Shown in pieces: positions 59,213 through 64,000 of a stretch of 64,000 nucleotides of DNA (position 1 is its first letter; every line of letters begins with the position of its first letter). A model generated the notes under the pieces. The model had not been told where the DNA came from. It ran no database searches and worked only from the letters and a program-made list of their open reading frames with translations. The stretch is from Vampirovibrio sp. (GTDB lineage Bacteria; Cyanobacteriota; Vampirovibrionia; Vampirovibrionales; JAJTHC01), in NCBI GenBank assembly GCA_024998755.1, contig JACEUU010000003.1:1417601-1481600 (forward strand). Reading direction: 5' to 3'. The position numbers and the translations under genes were made by a program.

Positions 59213-60442
59213 ATGCCTGCTTTATCCCCTTTCTTTATGTTACCCCTCTCCTTTGAAAAATCTGCTGAATACCAAGGTGTGGTGGAAAGAGCCGAGGCAG
59301 GCAGTATTGAAGCACAAATCATGCTAGGCGATATTTACGGCGAAGGCATCGGCGTTAAGAAAGATGAAGAGAAATCGTTCTATTGGTATCAGAAAGCCGC
59401 AGAACAAGGCAATGCGGAAGCTCAATACAATTTAGCCATTTGTTACTACGAAGGCGAAGGGACTGAAAAAAACCCTAAAGAAGGCTTGGAATACTTTGCC
59501 AAAGCAGCTGAACAGGGGATGACAGAAGCACAATTTAGTCTAGGAGAACTGTATTATCATGGTGAAGGCGTTAAAAAAGATGTCAAAAAAGGGATTCATT
59601 GGCTAACTAAATCTGCTGAACAAGGCGATGCTAAAGCCTGTTTTAGCTTAGGGCAAAGTTATTTTTCAGGCGAAGGGGTTGAAAGAAATGTTGATTATGC
59701 CTTGAAATTACTCACGTACGCCGCAGAAGAAGGATTAACTGAAGCCCAATTAGTGCTAGCTTTTCTTTATTATGACCCAGAAGCAGGTATTGGCGTCGAT
59801 TATGAAAAAGCGTTTCGGTGGTTTTCTCGGCTAGCCAAGAAAAAGCTTCCCGAAGCCCAAGAAAAACTAGCCGATATGCACTACTTAGGGCAAGGCGTAC
59901 CGCAGGATTTTAAAAAAACTGCTTATTGGTTAAGGCTGGCTTCCAAGCAAGGCGTAGTAGATGCAACCTACAAATTAGGGGTGCTTTATGCTGAAGGCAA
60001 AGGCGTAAAGCAGAATATGAAAAAAGCCATTACCTATTATAAAGAAGCAGCGGAAGCTGGGCATGATGATGCCCAGTTCAACTTTGGTAATAAATACTAC
60101 CTAGGTAACGGTGTTGAGCAGGATTATACGAAAGCCCGTCATTGGTTTGAAAAAGCGGGGGAGCAAGGACATTACAGTGCCTTAAATAACTTAGGTATTA
60201 TTTACTTGCAGGGGCAATGCGTTGAAGAAAATTATCAAGAAGCCTATATATTACTTCAATTGGCAACGAACTTAGGGGCAAGCCTTGAAGGGACTGCTTC
60301 CTTCATTAAGGAGTTGTCTTCAGTACTACCGAAAACGGTATTATCACAAGCAAAACGAGAAATTAAAGCACGGCAAAAAAAGCTAGAAAAGCATCAGCAA
60401 GAAAACTTGGCTTCTTTTGGTTCTGAAGGGTTTAATTTTTAA
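59213..60442 (+). CDS. Sel1-like repeat protein
   Basis: About nine repeats of AQ..LG..Y..G.GV..D...A..W...AAEQG. Confidence 0.93.
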   Translation: MPALSPFFMLPLSFEKSAEYQGVVERAEAGSIEAQIMLGDIYGEGIGVKKDEEKSFYWYQKAAEQGNAEAQYNLAICYYEGEGTEKNPKEGLEYFAKAAEQGMTEAQFSLGELYYHGEGVKKDVKKGIHWLTKSAEQGDAKACFSLGQSYFSGEGVERNVDYALKLLTYAAEEGLTEAQLVLAFLYYDPEAGIGVDYEKAFRWFSRLAKKKLPEAQEKLADMHYLGQGVPQDFKKTAYWLRLASKQGVVDATYKLGVLYAEGKGVKQNMKKAITYYKEAAEAGHDDAQFNFGNKYYLGNGVEQDYTKARHWFEKAGEQGHYSALNNLGIIYLQGQCVEENYQEAYILLQLATNLGASLEGTASFIKELSSVLPKTVLSQAKREIKARQKKLEKHQQENLASFGSEGFNF

Positions 60443-61607
60443 CCGAAGAACCCTGCTTCTTTTTCGCAACCGCTGGGGCTTTTATACCAACAATTCCAAT
60501 GGTAGCGGTTTCTTTTGTCGCTTTTTTAGAGGGCTTGGCTTTTGGCTTTTTAGCCAACGGCGTTTGCACAAACCATAGCCTACGCAACCCGTGTTCGTAA
60601 GTGGTAGACTCATCCACCGCCCAATCATATCGATGAAAACTACTATTACAAGAATCATCTGCTAGTGCTTCCGCCAAACAACCGTGTTGCCGTAATTGGG
60701 CTTCAACATAAGCTGAAGAAGGGCGAGACCCTTTGGCGTTAAAGGCTTGGTCGTACCCTTCTTCTTCGGTATAAAGCACTAAATTAGGGTCTGAACTATT
60801 GCAAACTTCGGTTTCTAACACCATGTAAGCCGTTGCCTTGCAGCAGCGTTCAATAAAGGCATCTAACTTACTTAAATGGTAAAGTACACCCACGTTCAAA
60901 ATCAAATCAAACTGCCCTTCAAAGGGGAATTCATTATCTAAATCTGCCCGAACAAATGTTCCTGAAGGGTCTCGTTTTAGCACTTCTTCACTGTATGCTT
61001 CTCTAGCATCTGAATACACAACGGTTGCCCCTAAATGGGCAAATAGGCTACCAACGTGCCCATAACCACAACCTAAATCTAAAATGCGTTTGCCTGCAAA
61101 GAAATCTGCCCCAAAGTGCTGAATAATCCGACGCACCCGTTTAATTGTCCAATCCGTATAGTGTCCTGAAAAACAGTCTGCTTTAGGTGGATTTTTAGGG
61201 TCATATTCTTCAGCTTGAATTTGATTTTCCAGTTGAACTGGCTGGTTGTTAACTTCTGATTCAGTGCCATTAATGGTGGCGGTTAAATTATGAATAAAAT
61301 CTACAAAGTGTGCTTCATATTGGCTTGATAGGGTTTCAGTCAACTGATTTGATTGCTGAATGACTTGTTGTTGTAATATTTTATTTTCTTGGACGATGTG
61401 TTGTTGTAAATTAACTTGCTGGTAAGCAAGGCTATCCAACGTGGTTTTTAAGGTAGAAATAGGTTGCAACAAACTATTGTTAAGTAGCGTCTGTTTTTCC
61501 GTTAGTTGTTTTAGCTGTTTATTAAACTGCCATCCCCATAGGGCTAAAATGGTAAAACTGAATAGCTGAACAGAACAATCGGATGGTGTCATGGGTAAAT
61601 TCTCCAA
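60432..61607 (-). CDS. Class I SAM-dependent methyltransferase with an N-terminal coiled coil
   Basis: RILDLGCGYG, F.RADLD, FDLILNVGVLYHL, LVLET motifs. Confidence 0.8.
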   Translation of the reverse strand: MENLPMTPSDCSVQLFSFTILALWGWQFNKQLKQLTEKQTLLNNSLLQPISTLKTTLDSLAYQQVNLQQHIVQENKILQQQVIQQSNQLTETLSSQYEAHFVDFIHNLTATINGTESEVNNQPVQLENQIQAEEYDPKNPPKADCFSGHYTDWTIKRVRRIIQHFGADFFAGKRILDLGCGYGHVGSLFAHLGATVVYSDAREAYSEEVLKRDPSGTFVRADLDNEFPFEGQFDLILNVGVLYHLSKLDAFIERCCKATAYMVLETEVCNSSDPNLVLYTEEEGYDQAFNAKGSRPSSAYVEAQLRQHGCLAEALADDSCNSSFHRYDWAVDESTTYEHGLRRLWFVQTPLAKKPKAKPSKKATKETATIGIVGIKAPAVAKKKQGSSVKN

Positions 61608-61790
61608 AAGATGGGGCGTAGCAGTAGCAGGGTGCTTTTACAGGGTTGTTTTTTATAGTTTATTAAACTTTTAGCCTACTATTCTATTTTTGATGCTACT
61701 TCTAGGTTATACAAGGGAGTATAGGGGTGTTATTTCGGCCGTTTTCCTTTTATACTGAATTGATTATTGCCCATTAGAAAGCCTTAACCC

Positions 61791-62522
61791 ATGCCAACCC
61801 AGCCCTCTACTGAAAAACAGAAAAAGCTTTCAAAAACAGAGCAAGCCAAACGCATTAGCACCACGCTACCGAAGTTTTTAGATGCCGTTGAACCGCTGTA
61901 TATCAACCATCCGCTTGATGATATTTGCGAAGGTAACGCCTTCCGAGTGCTGGTGGGATGCATTATCAGCCTTCGTACGAAAGATGAAGTTACCATCCCT
62001 GCTTGCGAACGCCTCTTCCCAAAGTATGATACACCGGCGGATTTCCTGAAACTTTCGGTTGAACAAGTGGAACAATTGATTTATCCTGCGGGGTTCTACA
62101 AAACCAAAGCTCGGACGATTTTAGAAGCCTGCCAAGTGTTAATTGACCAATACGATAGTCAAGTGCCTGATACCATTGAAGAGCTGATGAAGCTAAAAGG
62201 CGTCGGGCGGAAAACGGCGAATTTGGTGGTGGGTTTGGGGCATCGGTTGCCCGCTATTTGTGTGGATATTCATGTGCATCGGATTTGTAACCGCTTGGGC
62301 GTGTTGCAGACTGCTACGCCTGATGAGACTGAATTTGCATTGAGAGACCACTTGCTCCCAGCGTATTGGGCTAAAATTAACAAGTTGATGGTACTTTACG
62401 GAAGAGATATTTGCCGACCGATTGGTGCTTGGTGCGATGTTTGTACAGTAACGCAATTTTGCCAAAAAGTTGATGTTAAAAGCCGAAAACCCCTAAAAAT
62501 TAAATCCCAGCCTGCACCATAG
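61791..62522 (+). CDS. nth: Endonuclease III
   Basis: IIS.RTKD, GFYKTKA, L.GVGRKTANLV, VD.HVHRI and C....P.C..C..(4Fe-4S)-like GRDICRPIGAWCDVC. Confidence 0.93.
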   Translation: MPTQPSTEKQKKLSKTEQAKRISTTLPKFLDAVEPLYINHPLDDICEGNAFRVLVGCIISLRTKDEVTIPACERLFPKYDTPADFLKLSVEQVEQLIYPAGFYKTKARTILEACQVLIDQYDSQVPDTIEELMKLKGVGRKTANLVVGLGHRLPAICVDIHVHRICNRLGVLQTATPDETEFALRDHLLPAYWAKINKLMVLYGRDICRPIGAWCDVCTVTQFCQKVDVKSRKPLKIKSQPAP

Positions 62523-63291
62523 CCGTTAAATAAGCGGGTAAATCCCCACCCTGCTTCACCAGTTCGATAATTTTGCTACCCGTAATCACGCCATCTGCAC
62601 CTAAATCTATCATCGTTTTGGCTTGTTCCGGCGTGGAAATGCCAAAGCCCACATACAGCGGTAAATTACTCACTTCCCGTAACATTTGTAACGTAGCAGG
62701 CAAATTGGCATCGTAAGTGGCATGGCTACCCGTAATACCTAAACGGGAAACCACATAGAAAAACGCCCCAGCCACTGTGGCTAACTGCTTCACCCGTTCA
62801 GGTTTGGTTAACGGGGAAACAATAAACACCAAATCCATGCCAACAGCATCCGCAAAGGGTTTTACTTCAGCAGCCATTTCAGGCGGTAAATCTGCAATTA
62901 AAACGGCATCTGCCCCAGCTTGCTTGGCTTGAACAAAAAAACTGTCCAATCCTTGAGCTAAAACCGTGTTGTAATAAACCAACAAGCCAATCGGTACATC
63001 GGCATCTAAACTTCTAGCATAGGAAATCAGTTCAAACCCTTGCGATATTTTAAACCCTGTCGCCAACGTTTCCGTAACCGCTTGCTGAATGGTTGACCCA
63101 TCCGCCACGGGGTCTGAAAATGGCAACCCTAATTCCAATGCGGCAGGTTTACAGTCAACCAGTTGTTTTAAAATCGCTTTGCAACTGTCTACATCTTTCC
63201 AGCCCAACAACGTAAAGGGGATAAATCCTTTTTGGTTACTGGCTTTCAGGCGGTCAAACGCTTGGGCATATCTGGAAGGTGTGTTAAGCAT
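62500..63291 (-). CDS. trpA: Tryptophan synthase alpha subunit
   Basis: FIPF, ELGLPFSDPVADG..IQ, YYN, IADLP.E, YVVSRLGITG, VGFGIS, ADGVI.GS. Confidence 0.96.
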   Translation of the reverse strand: MLNTPSRYAQAFDRLKASNQKGFIPFTLLGWKDVDSCKAILKQLVDCKPAALELGLPFSDPVADGSTIQQAVTETLATGFKISQGFELISYARSLDADVPIGLLVYYNTVLAQGLDSFFVQAKQAGADAVLIADLPPEMAAEVKPFADAVGMDLVFIVSPLTKPERVKQLATVAGAFFYVVSRLGITGSHATYDANLPATLQMLREVSNLPLYVGFGISTPEQAKTMIDLGADGVITGSKIIELVKQGGDLPAYLTAMVQAGI

Positions 63292-63955
63292 CGTCGGCAG
63301 TTTTTTCTACGGGTGTTTTAACTCTAAATTGTTTGGTGTGGCTCCACAAGTACCAAAACCCAAGTACTACCAGCACGATGGCTATAGCAGCATCAAATTT
63401 GTGCCAAATATGCTTGAAGGCTTCTAGGTTTTCGCCAAATTTAATGCCGACCCATACCAAGGCGTAGCTCCACACGAGCGAACCCACAAAGGTTAGTGCT
63501 AAAAACGGCAGTAAAGGGGCTTTAAATACACCCGCTGGAAAGGAAATAAAAGTCCGCACTACAGGTAGCATTCTGCAAAGAAAGAATGTCCAATCGCCGA
63601 ATTTTTCTGTCCAGCGTTCAGCTTTTTCAACGTCGTGTTCAGAAAGCAGTAGCCATTTGCCGTACTTCTGCAACCACGGACGCCCACCCCAATACCCTAA
63701 CCAATAGGAAGGAATAGACCCTAGCACGCAACCTAAAGCACCAGCCAAGGCGGCTAAGTGAATGTTCATTTGCCCTTGCTGAACAAGGTAGCCCGCATAG
63801 GGTAAAATCATTTCGCTAGGCAACGGCACATTGGCAGATTCTATCGCCATTAGTAGGGCAACGCCCCAATAGCCAAGGGCATCTATACACCCATGAACAA
63901 ACACCATCAGTGTGCCTAAAATCCATTCAACGCCGTGGACTAACCAATCTAACAT
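63284..63955 (-). CDS. DedA-family membrane protein
   Basis: M.IESA..PLPSE.I.P.AG, G...G....YW.G, F.CR.LP.VRTFIS.PAG motifs. Confidence 0.93.
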   Translation of the reverse strand: MLDWLVHGVEWILGTLMVFVHGCIDALGYWGVALLMAIESANVPLPSEMILPYAGYLVQQGQMNIHLAALAGALGCVLGSIPSYWLGYWGGRPWLQKYGKWLLLSEHDVEKAERWTEKFGDWTFFLCRMLPVVRTFISFPAGVFKAPLLPFLALTFVGSLVWSYALVWVGIKFGENLEAFKHIWHKFDAAIAIVLVVLGFWYLWSHTKQFRVKTPVEKTADDA

Positions 63956-64000
63956 TCAAATAGTTTACCCTTCTGCTAGATAGTTCTTACAATGCACACG

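Overview
This is a 64-kb chromosomal segment, most likely from a non-photosynthetic member of Cyanobacteriota (Vampirovibrionia/Melainabacteria). That placement is inferred from an RpaB/Ycf27-like regulator, a cyanobacterial-type RRM protein, dapL, an unsplit intein-free dnaE and the absence of photosynthesis genes. It carries housekeeping genes (purMN, prs, folC, pepA, dapL, murA, holA, dnaE, nth, trpA), two tandem secretins, HicAB, an AAA_21 ATPase/RloB pair and an orphan phage portal. The intergenic space holds a layered set of mobile elements. (1) About 14 copies of a ~280-bp structured repeat are bounded by degenerate 25-bp terminal inverted repeats (TIRs) that match an IS630-family element at 47147-48232, so they are probably its non-autonomous miniature derivatives (MITEs). 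The same TIRs also enclose REP-type cargo. (2) Two copies of an IS110 element are inserted at a CT core inside the hairpin of those repeats. Their left-end non-coding region reads as a complete bridge RNA, with target-guide loops matching the repeat hairpin and donor-guide loops matching the element's own circle junction, which also assembles a sigma70 promoter. (3) A nested IS5/IS630/IS630/MITE island spans 45.1-49.2 kb. Other oddities are poly-ATG gene starts, an A/C-rich to G/T-rich gradient along genes, and a second covarying structured repeat family. No tRNA, rRNA or CRISPR array was recognised.
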